Positions 1 to 13,737 are shown, counted from the stretch's first letter. The stretch: DNA of 64,000 bases from the human T2T-CHM13v2.0 reference genome, Homo sapiens (GCF_009914755.1 NC_060932.1), one strand, 5' to 3'. Numbers and translations are program-made. Notes: generated from the letters alone by a model not told the origin.

Positions 1-69
1 CTAAGTGAAGGCAATGTCTTTTGAAAGTCCATCATGCCTACAAGTTTGCAAACCCCTATATGCTGTGTG

Positions 70-640
70 TGTCTGTACAGAGGGAGAAAGGCAGGTCCCT
101 GCCTTCTGGGGGCTCACATTCTAGGGGATGTAAACTAAAGAAAGGAATGAAGACATAGTCTAAATGATCATTGTTGTTAAGGAACTGAGCAGAGTATTGT
201 GAGGTGTGGGCTGCGGTGGGCGCTTCACACAAGGTAGGTGGGTCAGGAAAGTCTGTGGAGGGGTGTCCTTCCTTAGCCGACAGCTAAGGACATAAAGGAG
301 CCATAGGACAAGAATATTCAAGGTGGAAGCACCAGCATGGGCCTTGCTGATATCACAACAAAAAGGAAGGGAACGAGATAAGAGGTAAAGGAAGGAACAC
401 TGCCAGGGCCTGGTCACACAGGGTCTTGTCATCCAGGCACGGAGGGTGACGTGTGTCCTCGTTGTAAGGGAGCCGAGGGTGGGCTTGCAGCAGGGCAGTC
501 TTTTGCATCCAATGTATGCTTTCAGAGATTCTTCCAGCTGCTGAATGCAGAGTGGTTTGTGGGGCACAGGCGTGGAAGCAGAGAAACCTGGCAGGGGGCG
601 ATCTCAGTGTGGTGTGATTGTCATCACTGGCTGTAACGTG
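70..640 (-). mobile_element. L2 LINE 3' fragment, highly diverged
   Basis: Resembles the antisense L2 3' end (ggtcaggaaagtctgtggagggg...ggcagggggcgatctcagtgtgg). Boundaries approximate. Confidence 0.5.
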
Positions 641-1499
641 GGGTATTATAAGCTCCAGTTCTGGATACCCTGTGATTTGAGACGTCTCTGGGCTTCCTCC
701 TCCCCATGGGCCAGGCACCAGTAGGTGTCACCAGAGACTAGGGGAAACTTTCACTGTGGAGGATGATGGTAGAGAGGGTCTTGCAGAATTCCTGCTAAAT
801 CCTGGAGGTTTTTCTAGAGCATTAGCTCCAACAAATGTACAGAAACATTAAGTAGCTCTAGGATTCAAACGAGAAAACTGAGGCTCAGTGAGATTTCATG
901 ATTCTCCCAGCAGTAAGCTGTATCATAACTGGTGCCCTCAGAATTCAAGCTGATGTTTGTCTGATGCCCAAAGCCCCATCTTTCTGGCACAGGAGGCCAC
1001 TGTGCAGGAGGACTCACAGCAAAACTCCAGACCAACACAGGGTGAGAGGAGCCATTTCTTCTGAGAAGCTAAAGTCAAGGGAGCTTCTGGGGGCACCAGG
1101 AAGTATCTCTCTGCTAAGCATAATTTGTGGGACTCTGCCTGATGATAGCCAGGGATAGTGGGACCCATAAGCAGTCCTAGACCAGTGGCCAACAGGAATG
1201 AGAGGGGATGCCCTGTCAGGAATATTAGACATTTATGTTCTGTTATGATGTGACAATTGAGCTGTTAGTCTCACTAAAGAATGGACAGAGAGCTAATGAG
1301 CTGGCATTTAGTGAGAATCCACTCTCGTGCCAGCCCATGCCTCATCAAGTCCCTTTGTTTATGAAATATTTATTGAACATCTGCTAAGCAGACATTCTCC
1401 TCACTGCTAAGAGAGCAGTGAAGAAACAAGATAGAAAATGCTGCCCTCTTGAAGTTCGCTTTCTGCTTGCTGGATGATTTCAGTTTGTCAACAGCTTTC

Positions 1500-1603
1500 T
1501 GGCGGGGTATAACTTGCCTCATTTTACAGATGAGCAAACCGAGACTGAAAGGTTAAATAGTAGGTGCAAGGCAGAGCTGGGACACAACAGAGGATTCATT
1601 CAC
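1500..1603 (+). mobile_element. MIR fragment, interrupted by THE1A
   Basis: MIR core cctcattttacagatgagcaaaccgagactgaaaggttaa...gcagagctggga. Appears to resume after 3827 (gtaagtctggct). Confidence 0.75.
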
Positions 1604-3827
1604 AGATATGGCTTGGCTGTGTTCCTATTCAAATCTCAATTGTATCTCCCAGAATTACCATGTGTTGTGGGAGGGACTCAGGGGGAGGTAATTGAATCAT
1701 GGGGGCTGGTCTTTCTCATGCTATTCTCATGATAGTGAATATGTCTCATGAGATCTGATAGGTTTATCAGGGGTTTCTGCTTTTGCTTTTTCCTCATTTT
1801 TTCTCTTGCCGCTGCCATGTAAGAAGTGCCTTTCAACTCCCACCATGATTTTGAGGCCTCCCCAGCCATGTGTAACTGTAAGTCCAATTAAACTTCTTTT
1901 TGTTCCCAGTTTTGGTTATGCCTTTATCAGCAGCATGAAAATGGACTAACACAGTAAATCGGTACCAGCAGAGTGGGGCATTGCTAAAAAGATACCCAAA
2001 AATGTGGAAGCAACTTTGGAACTGGGTGACAGGCAGAGGTTGGAACAGTTTGGAGGGCTCAGAAGAAGACAAGAAAATGTGGGAGAGTTTGGAACTTCTC
2101 CTAGAGACTTGTTGTGAATGGCTTTGCCCAAAATGCTGATAGTGATATGAACAATAAGGTCCAGGCTGAGGTGGTCTTGGATGGAGATGAGGAACTTGTT
2201 GGGAACTGGAGCAAAGAAGACTCTTAAGTTTTAGCAAAGAGACTGGCAGCATTTTGCCCCTGCCCTAGAGATTTGTGGAACTTTGAACTTGAGAAAGATG
2301 ATTTAGGGTATCTGGTGGAAGAAATTTCTAAGCAGCAAAGCATTCAAGAGGTGACTTGGGTACTGTTAAAAAGCATTCCATTCTAAAAGGGAAACAGAGC
2401 ATAAAAGTTTGGAAAATTTGCAGCTTGATGATGCAGTAGAAAAGAAAAACCCATTTTTTAAGAAGAAATTCAAGCCGGCTACAGAAATTTACATAAGTAG
2501 CAAGGAGCCTAACGTTAATCCCCAAGACCCTGGGGAAAATGTCTCCAGGCCATGTCAGAGACCTTCACAGCAGCTCCTCCCATCACAGGCCCAGAGGCCC
2601 AGGAGGAAAAAGTGGTTTCATGGGCCAGGCCACAGGGGTCCCTGTGCTGTGTGCAGCCTAGGGATTTGGTGCCCTGTGTCCCAGCCATTCCAGCCATGGC
2701 TGAAAGGAGCCAATGTACAGCTCGGACTGTAGCTTCAGACGGTGGAAGCCCCAAGCCTTGGCAGCTTCCACATGGTGTTGAGCCTGTGGGTGCACGGAAG
2801 TCAAGAATTGAGGTTTGGGACCCTCTGCCTAGATTTCATAAGATGTATGGAAACGCCTGGATGCCCAGGCAAAAATTTGCTGCAGGGGTGGGGATCTCAT
2901 GGAGAACTTCTGCTAGGGCAGTGCAGAAGTGAAATGTAGGATCAGAGCCCCCACACAGAGTCCGTACTGGGGCACTGTCTAGTGGAGCTGTGAGAAGAGG
3001 GCCACCATCCTTCAGACCCCAGAATGGTAGATCTAATGACAGCTTGCACTGTGTGCCTGAAAAAGCTGCAGACACTCAACGCCAGCCAGTGAAAGCAGGG
3101 AACCCACCTCTCGCATCAGTGTGACCTGGATGTGAGTGAGATCTGGAGTCAAAGGAGATCATTTTGGAGCTTTAAGATTTGACTGCCTTGCTGGATTTCA
3201 GACTTGTATGGGCCCTGTAACCCCTTTGTTTTGACCAATTTCTCCCATTTGGAACAGCTGTATTTTCCCAATGCCTGTACCCGATTGTATCTAGGAATTA
3301 ACTAACTTGCTTTTGATTTTACAGGCTCATAAGGCAGAAGGGACTTGCCTTGTCTCAGATGAGACTTTGGACTGTGGACTTTTGGGTTAATGCTGAAATG
3401 AGTTAAGACTTTGGAGGACTGTTGGGAAGGCATGATTGTTTTTGAAATGTGAGGACATGAGATTCAGAGGGGCCAGGGGCAGAATGAGATTTGGCTGTGT
3501 TGCCACCCAAATCTCAACTTGAATTGTGTCTTCCAGAATTCCCACATGTGGGAGGGACGCAGGGGGAGGTAACTGAATCACGGGGGCCAGTCTCTCCCAT
3601 GCTATTCTCGTGATAGTGAATAAGTCTCACGAGATCTGATGGGTTTACCAGGGGTTTTCCACTTGTGCTTCTTCATTTTCTATTGCCGCCATGATGTAAG
3701 AAGTACTTTTGCCTCCCACCATGATTCTGAGGCCTCCCCAGCCACGTGGAACTGTAACTCCAACTAAACCTCTATTTCTTCCCAGTCTCGGGTGTCCTTA
3801 TCAGCAGTGTGAATACAGACTAATACA
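1604..3827 (+). mobile_element. Full-length THE1A ERVL-MaLR element (5' LTR 1604-1953, internal 1954-3484, 3' LTR 3485-3827)
   Basis: Two ~350-bp direct LTRs (gatatggcttggctgtg...ggactaacaca and tgagatttggctgtg...gactaataca) with the THE1A-type aggggtttc...gccatgtaagaagtgcc segment. Internal region starts gtaaatcggtaccag and ends in a polypurine tract, gaggggccaggggcagaa. Confidence 0.92.
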
Positions 3828-4059
3828 CACGTAAGTCTGGCTGTCTCTCAGAAATGACACCTTCCTGTGGGAGTGGGATAGGGGTTGCAGTCAGAGATGG
3901 GAAACCTGACCCTGTGGGGCTCCAGGGAACAGCAGGCCCACTGTTCCCACATGAGTCCATCCTTATTCCACTCTTCTGCCCCAGCTTTGCCTCCAAAGTG
4001 CACCCAATTCTGTGGTCCCTCCCTTCTCAGAGCAAGGTGGAGGGAGTGAGAACCATAGG

Positions 4060-4390
4060 GCTGGAGAGCAAGGCACCTGGGTTCTCTCTGTACCTTTCTA
4101 GTCCTCAGTTTCCTCAGCTATAAAATGGGCATATTACCTGCTGTGGAGGGTTGTGCAAAGATGTGTAGAATGCCCGAGCTTGTCACATAATAACTCACAA
4201 TTCCTATGTGTGGGGGAATTTGGCTAAAAATTTCAAATATATTATCTCATCTCAGAGCAACTCTGAAGCAAATACAATTACTAGCCCTGCTACATGCAAT
4301 AAAACAGAGGTGCAGAGAGGACCTTGCTCAAGGTCACACAGCTGGCCATGGCAGAGCTGGAGTTTAAACGCTGACCATAGGGTTTCAAAG
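4060..4390. mobile_element. Two MIR fragments in opposite orientations
   Basis: cctcagtttcctcagctataaaatggg (about 4100, minus) and aaaacagaggtgcagagagg...aaggtcacacagct...gcagagctggagttt (about 4300, plus). Confidence 0.7.
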
Positions 4391-4529
4391 GTGGTGTTGT
4401 CACCCCTTGGCTCTCGGCCTCTCACACAGCTTGTGATCCACACGGTGGCTCCCCTGGCTGACCACCTCCAGAGTTGTTGGGGTCTCCCCTCACTGAACAC
4501 AGGAGTCTCTGGGCCAGAAAGACCCCCAA

Positions 4530-4690
4530 TGCCCACCCTGCACAAGCTCTGCCTCACCTCTCCCTTGAACACTTCTGAAAACAGGGAGCTCACCACCTCC
4601 TGTGGGAGGGCTGGCCATGTATCCAACGTTATGGGTAGATTTTCTCCTGTTGTAACTTTCCTGAATTGCCCCCTGTTCTGCCCCCGGCCC
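4530..4690. mobile_element. CR1/L3 fragment
   Basis: ctcccttgaacacttctgaaaacagggagctcaccacctcc resembles the L3 3' motif tgcttgaatacctccagtgatggggagctcactacctcc. Confidence 0.55.
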
Positions 4691-7600
4691 TTCATGTATA
4701 GGGCTAGATCAATCTGTGTCCCCAGGAAAGCCCTTCTGAGATGTGGGGTCCTGCCTGTCTCCCCAACCTCACACATGAAGTGTCCTTGGCATCCGGGCCT
4801 CGCAGTCACCTTTTCTGACCCATTCTTGTTCATTCCTCCCAGCCCTGCCCCCATCAAATGTGGGAATCAGCCCCCTCCAGTCCCTGCTCAGGCAAGACGC
4901 CTGTTACAGCTGGGGGCACCCCAGGCTGGCTGAGAACCAGTGGGGGAAGGGAGTGGCAGGGGCAGGCCACAGCCCAAGGGGGACAAAGACACACGGTGGT
5001 GAGAGAGGTGCAGAAAGCAGGATCTCAGCCGGGAAGCCTGTTCTTTTCCCTTTGGGGCTGGGCTGGTGCTCGGCAACAAGCGACACAGGCGGTCATGCTT
5101 TCTGACCACTCCTGACAGGGAATGTGCTTGACTTTGTGGAGGATGTTCTGGCATTCTCACAACCTTCTTGGTGAGGCAGGCCCCTAAGTGGGGACTCTTA
5201 CCAAAGCATCCCGAGTACTTGTCACTCCTTGGTTATCAAGCATGATCCCGTGATGTCATCAATACAGATGACAGACACCAGACAGTCCCTATCTCTTCCA
5301 ACAATTTTGTTATCAAGAGCAGCAGAGAAGCTCCTCTGATCTTCACACATCACCCCAAATTAGTCAGTTTATTATTTGCTCTCTTCAAAATCTCGATGGC
5401 ACTTGGCTACTCAATTCCATAGTCCTTATAATTACTCTTTCTCCTGGACTAGGATCCTCATCACCAGGCAGCCAGTGTGGACCTCAACTTTAAAACTCCA
5501 TCCTTTGAGGCTGCTCTTGAGAACCACTTCTGCCACACACCCCACATGCACACCACACATACACACTGTGCTAAGCATTGTTCTCTGTGTACCTCTCAAC
5601 CCTGCTGCAGAAAACAGTCTTGGATGCTGCCGAGAGAGTTTCTAGCCCACAGAGCAGGGTCCCTGATGTCTCCTGAGTGGAAAACACAGCAAGATACCCA
5701 AACTTTCAGGAGGGATGCTTCATTTGTCCCCAGTGAGGCATGCCGAGATGGAAGCTGGGGGAGGCCCTATGCAGAGGCAAGCCCCTCCTCCTCCCTGTCC
5801 CTGGATTGGCTATTTTCAGAATGGACCCCAGCAGGTTGCTAGAGGTAAGGCTGCCTGATCAGTGACACAGGGCTATCACCTGTTAGGACCAAAGTCTACA
5901 CCAATAAGGGTAGAGACCATAGATCATCTCCAGGCAAAAACTCAAGTGGTCTCATGGGAACACAGCTCTGGACATCATGAGAATGTTGGACCCAGGTTTT
6001 GTGAACTCTAACGCTATTTTCAGCCATCGTCTTGCTTGTCTTCAGACCTAGAGGAGGACAGGTCTCCACATGGTGTTGGTCTGCCTAGCTCTTCCTCTCT
6101 CCTGCTTGCAATTCTCAGAATAATCCCATCATGTACCAAGAATGCAACATCCGGAGATAAGGAGAAGTGTCTGAAACACCCTGGGTTGGTCCTTGTTTCT
6201 CTTAAGAAGAAGGTGTTCTACAACACTTGTGCTCAGCAAGCCCACTGGTGCCAAGGGAATGTAAACCCAGACACTTGTTGAACCCCTCAGCTGGTGGATA
6301 TGTAAAAGACTCTATCCACCCTAAGCAGCTTTCCTCAGCTGGCTTGCCCTGAATCCCAGCCTTCTGTTTGTTCTTTCTGCCTACCCATAAGGAACACATC
6401 TGTTCAGCCTGCCTAGTGTGAGAGCTCTGTCTCACTGGATTCCTGCAAATGGTAGAGTTGCCAGAGCTCCTTTCACTCCTCCCAGCTGTCCTCATGGTGT
6501 TGGAATGGCTGTAGCAGCTGGTTTTACTCTCAGTCCCTGCCAGACTTAAAGACCTTTGCAACACCAACCTCCTTGGTAGGGAAAAGGAACTGATGTATGT
6601 TGCACCCCTAGCATGTGCCATGCCAGGTACTTGAACAGGTGCTTCACCGTCTCTATCTCGTCTATCCTAGGAATTCAATTCCCACTTTACTGAAGAAGAT
6701 AGCTGTGCTCTGAGAGGCTAAGCCATTTGCCATCAGTGGTAGAATGAGCATCTCCACATGAAGCCCTTTGTTTGCATCCCCTAAAGCTGCCTCCCAGGGA
6801 AGGTGGGCTGGAGGAAAGAGGCAGAGAGTTGTTGATAGCAGGCACCATGCTGTTTCTTCACTGGGTGTATGTGTTGCTTGAACCTGGAAAGTATGGGTTC
6901 CAACCCACCTGGGCTACCTGCTGGCTCTGTGTCTTTTAAGCAATCACTGAAGCCCTATGTGAAATGAGTACAATGATGTATCTACCCAATTTCCTCTTCA
7001 GGTTGGCCATGCTGGGTGAATTGGCTTGTAAGTGACTAAATATCATACAGAGGGAGGAGTTTTCATCAACTCTTTGCTGAGATTTGTCATGCAGACCTGG
7101 AGAGAACTTCATCCTCTCCCCCACCAAATTACTTACTTTCACACAGTGCCACAGCTTGCCCTGGACCTTGTGAATGGTGTTGAAGGCTGAGATGGGAAGG
7201 CATGGGCAGATTTGGGCTCAGAGGCAGTCTCATTGGCTCTTTCTTCAGGGCCCACACCCACGCCAACCTTTTAGTCGCACTTGGGGGTGGTCACGGTGGC
7301 TACCAGGCAACTCCAACATGGAAGGTGCTCTTGGAACATCCCAGAAGGCTGAAGTGGCCCAGCTTGAAGGCTGTGGTGGGGTGGTCCCTGTAGTGCCCCG
7401 TATCCCTGGAGATGCAGTTGGGACCATGCTGGACCTTCGCAAAGCCCTCTTTAGCCATGCTGGAAGACACGGGTCTGAGATGAGGACTAGGGTGTAGTGA
7501 AATTTTACTAGCAGAGCTTAAAGGAAAAGGGACAGTCAGGACAAATGTGAAATGGGATGTGCAATGACAAGCGAGGCTACAAGGCATGTGCATTTTGAGG

Positions 7601-8371
7601 TCAGAGAACTGGGTCAATTCCTTGCACCCTTGGAGCCTTGGCTTCCCCAACCATCCTGTGGCATATGGAGAAAATAACAGCGTGCACTCAGATGCTGAAA
7701 ATGTCAAAGGATAATAAGCATTTACTGAGTACCTATTAGGCACTGTGAATAATGTTGATGTTGGTGTTGCTGTTATAAAATTGACTTTTTCTTGTTACAA
7801 GCATAAAAAGTGTTCCTACTTACTCAGAAACAATCACTGCTAATACAAAAATGTATGTTTTCAGATAATTTTCTATTTGTATATGGTTATTTGTAAAAAA
7901 AATATATATATATATACCATATGTACCTTTGTGTAAACTGCTGTTTCCTCCAGTTAATTTATCACAATCACTTTTCCAGCTCAGTAGACTCGTTTCTACA
8001 ATGCTGTTAGGATGACTGCAGTGTTTCATTCTATGGATGGCACACGCTATTGGACTCATTTCCAGTGGCTGACTACATAAGTGGTTTCCAATTTTTCTAT
8101 TAGAAAGAGTGCTACATTATGAAGCATTAGAGACCACATTTCTAGTACTCAGGCAGCAACCTGTGAGGTGAGCCTTATCACTCTTGTTTTACAAATTATA
8201 TATTTGAAGGTGTGTTTTAAGCCATGAAGCATCACAGAGACATCACATCAAAGGGTTGTTACAGAGAAGCCCCAGTCCCGCCTTTCCCTGCATCTTGAGC
8301 ATAATGATATCCTTGACAGCAACAGAAAAGCCTTAAGACACCTCTCACAAGTTACTACACACCCCCTTTCA

Positions 8372-8505
8372 CCCGCCCTGCACCCCCACAACCAACCCAC
8401 TACATATGCCACATGCACCCCACACCACTCACTCATACCACACATACCCCACCCACACCATGCACACACACCATGCACACATATACCCCCCCTCCCCCCA
8501 CACAT
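8372..8505. repeat. CA/C-rich low-complexity simple repeat
   Basis: Degenerate (CA)n/(CACCC)n/(CACAT)n tract. Confidence 0.8.
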
Positions 8506-8628
8506 TCATACAGTGGAATTCCGTCAGCTTTTAAAATGATGGCTGTAAGAATGTATGTCTATTTTCCAACATGAGAGATACTTTCAAATTATTGTGGATT
8601 GGAAAGCAGATTAAAAATCTTGTGTATA

Positions 8629-8927
<299 letters not shown>

Positions 8928-8977
8928 AAAAATCTTGTGTATAATATGACCATCTTTTATTAAGAAAATATATTTGT

Positions 8978-9262
8978 GGCCAGGTGCAGTGGCTCACATC
9001 TGTAATCTCAGCACTTTGGGAGGCTGAGGTGGGTGGATCACCTGAGGTCAGGAGTTCAAGACTAGCCTGGCCAACATGGTGAAACCCCGTCTCTACTAAA
9101 AATACAAAAATTCACCAGACATAGTCGTCTCAGCTACCCAGGAGGCTAAGGCCAGAGAATCACTTGAACCTTGGAGGTGGAGGTTGTAGTGAGCTAAGAT
9201 CGTGCCACTGCACTCCAGCCTGTGCCACAGAGCAAGACTCTGTCTCAGAAAAGAAAAGAAAA
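8978..9262 (+). mobile_element. AluS (Sx-like) with a small internal deletion
   Basis: Alu dimer with gatcacctgaggtcaggagttcaag. TSD aagaaaatatattt on both sides. Confidence 0.9.
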
Positions 9263-9549
9263 AAGAAAATATATTTATGTATCTTTGTGAGCATGTATGA
9301 TTATGCTTGGATGAATATGCAGGAGAAAATAGTGCTAATATGTAGAAAGGAAGGATTGTAAAAAAAATGTTTTCCTTTGTGCTTTCTGGCATTTTCTAAA
9401 TATACTGTGCAAATAAATTATTAACGTCAAAAAAGGAAAAGCAACAAAGCTACTTCCACGTGCACCCTTGCATGCATGTGTGGATGGACTTTCCAAGTTG
9501 GTCTCAGGTCCATTCCACTCTTCTTCCCTTCCCTCTGTACCCTGCTGTT

Positions 9550-11540
9550 TTGTTTAATTAACAGCTTTACTGAGTTACAGTTTGCATTATATAGAATTCA
9601 CTAATTGTAATTGTAGTTTGAGATGTGACAAATACACACAGTCATGAAGCCACTAATACAATCCACCAATAATGGGTGACAATAGGGAGCACCTCCATCC
9701 ACCATACAAAGCTCACTCTGATCTGTTGTTCATCACTATGTATTCACAGCATTGATCACAGTACTAATCACAGTATTGATCAATACTTTCCACATGGCCT
9801 GGTGGAAAGTTAAAATCTGTCATCTTGCTGTTTATTTTCTGTTTGTTCTATCTTCTTAAAATTTTTTATTTCATTTTATCTCTAATGACTTAGCTCTACC
9901 TCTTGGTTTTGTTTTTTGTAAGTAGGCATTCAGGTTTTTGAATAATATTATATCTCTATTACATAGAACCTTAAAACTACCTGACAGTATACCTCCATAT
10001 TCCTTTCCTGGCTTTTATGCTATGGTTTTTGTACATTTAACCTCTACATTTGTTTTAAATCCCATAATTAAGATTACTTTTTCTTTAAACATGCAATTAT
10101 CTTTCAAAAGTGTTTAAAAATGAGATAGTATGTTTTGTCACATAAGTACCACTTATTCTTTCATTTCTCTGTGTAGATCCAGAGTTCATTTGGTATCATT
10201 TTCCTCCTGCCTGAAACATATCAGCAATTATCATAATGCAGATTTGCTGGTGAATGTCTGAAAATTTTTATTTTACTTCTGAAAGATATTTCTGCTAGTT
10301 ATACAAGGCTAGGTTAATTTTTTAAATTTTGTTTTGCATTTTAAGACATCACTCTATTGTCTTCTCATCTGCTTAATTTATGGTTAAAAATGTTTTGTTA
10401 TCTCTTTGTATGTAATGTGTAAGAAGCCCTTTTCTAGCAAATTTGGTTGCTTTAAGATTTTCACTTGATCACTGAATTTTCAGCAATTTGAGTGATATGT
10501 CTCATTTTTTCTTCTCTTGCTTTGGAGTTTGTGAACCCTCTTTCTCTGGGTTTATGCTTTTCTTCAATTTGGAAAATTGCAGCCATTATTTTTTTCAAAT
10601 ACTTTTTCTAGCTGCTTGTAATAACTCGAATTGCATTTTTATGAAACAAATTCCTATTATGAAAAGGCTCTTGATCCTCTGTTCACTTGCTTCTTGCTTT
10701 TCCCTCCCTGTGCCTCACTTGGAATAGTTGCTGCTATCGTGCGTTCAAGCTCACTGGTTGTTTCTTCAATGTCGATTCTGTTGTAAATTCCAACCCATGT
10801 TTTTCATTTCAGACACAATAGTTTTCAACTCTTCACTTTGTAAAGACATTTTTAGTATATCTTCTACTTGTCTCCTTATCCATGTTATTCTGTCCTCCTT
10901 AATATGTGGCACAATCTATAATAGCTGTTTTAACGGCCTTATCTGATCATTCTGTCATCTGTTATTCTTTTGTCTGTTTCTATTGAAACAGATTGATTTT
11001 TTTTTCTCCCGGTCTTGATTATATTTTCCTGCTTCTTTACCTGCTTGGCGAGTTTCTCTGAGATCTAGACATTGTTTTGGTGCTGAGTATTGTGGTATAC
11101 TTTTAAATAGTGTTTGGCTTTGTTCTGGGATGGAGTTAAGGTATTGATCAGTTCAATCCTTTTGAAGCTTGCATTTCAGCTATGTAAGGGCAGGACCATT
11201 GCAGCCTTTTGACTAGAGCTAATTTACCTGCACTACTAAAGCATTACCCTTCAGAGGATTCTTCCAGATGCCCCAGGTGTCTTTCCACATAGGCTGGTGG
11301 AAACATAAACTATTCCCAGACCTGTCTGAGTTCCAGGGATTGTCTGCCCTTCTGATGTCCAGGGGATCCTTCACTGATCTCTTTGTACAGAGCCTCAAAT
11401 GCCTGCCCAGATCAGAATCAGCCAGAATGACAGGGCTCCCCATGCAGACCTCAGGTTGTCCCATTGCAGCGCTCTTCCCTCTGGCATCCTGCCCGCTGAT
11501 GTTTTTCCCTTGACCTCCCAAACTCCTTTCTGTGTTCTCA
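9550..11540 (-). mobile_element. Old L1M fragments (L1MB/MC-type 3' end followed by L1M 5'/ORF1-region pieces)
   Basis: acagctttactgagttacagttt...aattcact is a typical antisense L1M 3' end. T-rich antisense L1 texture continues through 9800-11500. Confidence 0.7.
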
Positions 11541-12283
11541 GCTTAGTGTGACTGCCAGGCACTGTCTGGATGCCCCTTTCCCCTCCTGCCCTCATATATA
11601 TTCATTTATCTAGTTGTTGAAGGTGGAAAGTAAACATGTTCAAATCATGTTAACATCTACATTCTGTAAAGCAGAGCTAAACGCTTCCTTTAGCAAATTT
11701 GATCATTAATAGAATTAGAGTGTTTTGAGTGTGTTTACTTAGTTATCGCATTGAAAAATAATTAAGTTTTTCTTCTCGACAAGAAAACATATCCTTTTGT
11801 CTTGGGGACAATAACTTCTCAATGCTTTTAGGATAATTGTGGCTGAGGGCCTGGCAGGTCTCAATTGTGGGGGCTGGATAATCTTAGAGAAAATGTGTTT
11901 TAAGCCTCCAAAGGGTTCATGAGTTTGGGAAGCCCTTATAGCCAAAGAACTCTTTAGAGTTTTTAAAAATGGTTTCCTGGAGGCCCAGGAATGGACCAAA
12001 GTATGAGTGTGTTAGAATAAAATGTGACGTGGCAAAAACGTTCCTCAAAGAGGCCAATCAGGCATCCTGGCCTCTGGTGCCTGTGCTGACTTCAGGGGTT
12101 GTTTGAGATTCGAAAACCCCCCGTATCCCTCTGGGAGTCCAGCATCTCCCTTCCGTGAAGAAGGCAGCCTCTACCGTCCTTAAAAGTACATAACACTGTG
12201 TACACGCATCAAAGTGTGAAGGTCCAGTTTTCTAAATTTTCTTGTAAAACTGGATATGAAGCCTCCTTGAATGTACAAGAGGG

Positions 12284-12729
12284 TGTTATAGATTAAATTG
12301 CATCCCCCAAAATTCATGCGCTGAAGCCTTAACCCCCAGTACCTCAGAATGACCTTATTTGGAAATAGGGTCACTGCAGACACCCTCAGTGAAGTTGAGC
12401 TCCCGCTATAACATGGCGGGCCCCTAATCCAATACAACTGGTATCCTTATAAGAAGTGGAAATTTGAGCACAGACGTGCACATGAGGAGAATGCCATGTC
12501 AGAGTGAAGGCAGAGGTGAGGGTGATGCTTCTGTATGCCAAGGAACACCAAAGCTTGCACAACACCAGAAGCTGGACAGTGAGCGTGGAACTGGTTCTCC
12601 CACAGCCTCAAGGGAAGCAACCTTGCTGCCACCTTCGTCTCAAGCATGCAGGCTCCAGCGAGACTCTAAATTTCTGTTTTTTAAGCCACTGGTTTGTGGT
12701 ACTTTGTGGCAGCCAAGGAAACTAATGCA
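12284..12729 (+). mobile_element. MLT1C-like solo LTR (ERVL-MaLR)
   Basis: tgttatagattaaattgcatccccc...ccttatttggaaatagggtc...ccaaggaacaccaaag...aggaaactaatgca. 5-bp TSD-like gaggg/gagag. Confidence 0.85.
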
Positions 12730-13016
12730 GAGAGATGTCCATAGTATAACATAGATTTCACTAGCTAGACAGCCTGTGAGGCTCAAAGAACAATTCATCA
12801 TCATGTCACTTTTTTATCATTAGAAAATTGTATAAGTTATATACATAAATGTGAGGACTGTGCTTTTTACTTTGAGGCTCAAGCATACTAACTTGAATTT
12901 GAAGAAATATTAACCTGAGTTCCTCATCCAGTTTTCTGTGTAAATTAGTAAACATCTCTGTACTTCCCTGAAGCGGGGAAAACAAGTGCTAATGTTGGGT
13001 AAAAAACAGTAATTCT

Positions 13017-13440
13017 TATGCAGGAGCCCAATGATCATGCCTCCCAGAGTTCCCACACTCGTGTGTTTCCTCCCACAGTGGATTAGAGCTGCCTTCCTGG
13101 ACCAGTAGGATGCAGTGGAGGGAGCACCATGCCACTCTTAGGGTCCAGGCCATGAGAGGCATTGCAGATTTTGCTTGTGCTGTCTTGGAATTCAGCCCTG
13201 ACACCACCTTGTCATCAAGCCAGTCCAGCCTACTGGAAGATAAGCAGCCGCATGGAGGAGAACCAAGGGGTGCAGTCAACAGCCAGCACCAACTTGTGAC
13301 ATATGAGTGAAACATCGTGGACCCTCCAGCCCAGTTACTCCTCCAGAGCCACAGGAGTGAACCCAGGAAAAACCAGCAGAGAGGCCAGCCAACACACAGA
13401 ACTATAGGAAATAAATCCTTGCTATTTTACATGCCTGTCT
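13017..13440 (+). mobile_element. Older MLT1 LTR (MLT1F/G/H-like)
   Basis: cccaatgatcatgcctccc...gaccagtaggatgcagtggag...cagccagcaccaacttg...aaataaatccttgctatttta. Confidence 0.7.
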
Positions 13441-13668
13441 CATATAGGCATGTACAATAACAAGGATCATTTACACGCCTTTATAATACAATATTATAGG
13501 TGTGTAAAATACTTATGCCACATGCAGGGAGATGCCCCTTCCTCCCAGCAAGTCAGTCCCACAGCCCAACAAATTCCTCCCACCACAGACTCTGTCAGGA
13601 GAGCCCTGACGTGTGAATCCACCCTGTTTGCCAAGTTCCAATGTGTAACACAGTTCTTAGCAAAACAC

Positions 13669-13737
13669 ATTGGATTTGGGTTTTGTTATGTTTTGTTTAA
13701 AGCATTCTCCCAAATCCACATGCACACAATTGGCTGG
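13669..13737 (+). repeat. Copy 1 of a local 69-bp direct duplication (copy 2 at 14831-14923)
   Basis: attggatttgggttttgttatgttttgtttaaagcattctcccaaatccacatgcacacaattggctgg is directly visible twice. Confidence 0.95.

Noticed and set aside
588-601. CTCF-like motif ctggcagggggcga
   Set aside because: Mismatches at core positions and lies in a decayed L2. Not supportable without ChIP data.
1833-3075. Several overlapping ORFs of 60-140 aa
   Set aside because: They lie within the THE1A element and are well-known spurious MaLR translations.
4208-4933. Longest ORF (241 aa) and its antisense partner (4252-4857, 201 aa)
   Set aside because: The plus-strand ORF starts at GTG. Both run through MIR and CR1/L3 remnants, show no recognisable domain and have no exon structure.
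7174-7497. GC-rich stretch with ORFs in several frames, considered as an exon or pseudogene
   Set aside because: No frame resembles a protein I recognise, and there is no poly(A)/TSD and no convincing splice-site pair.
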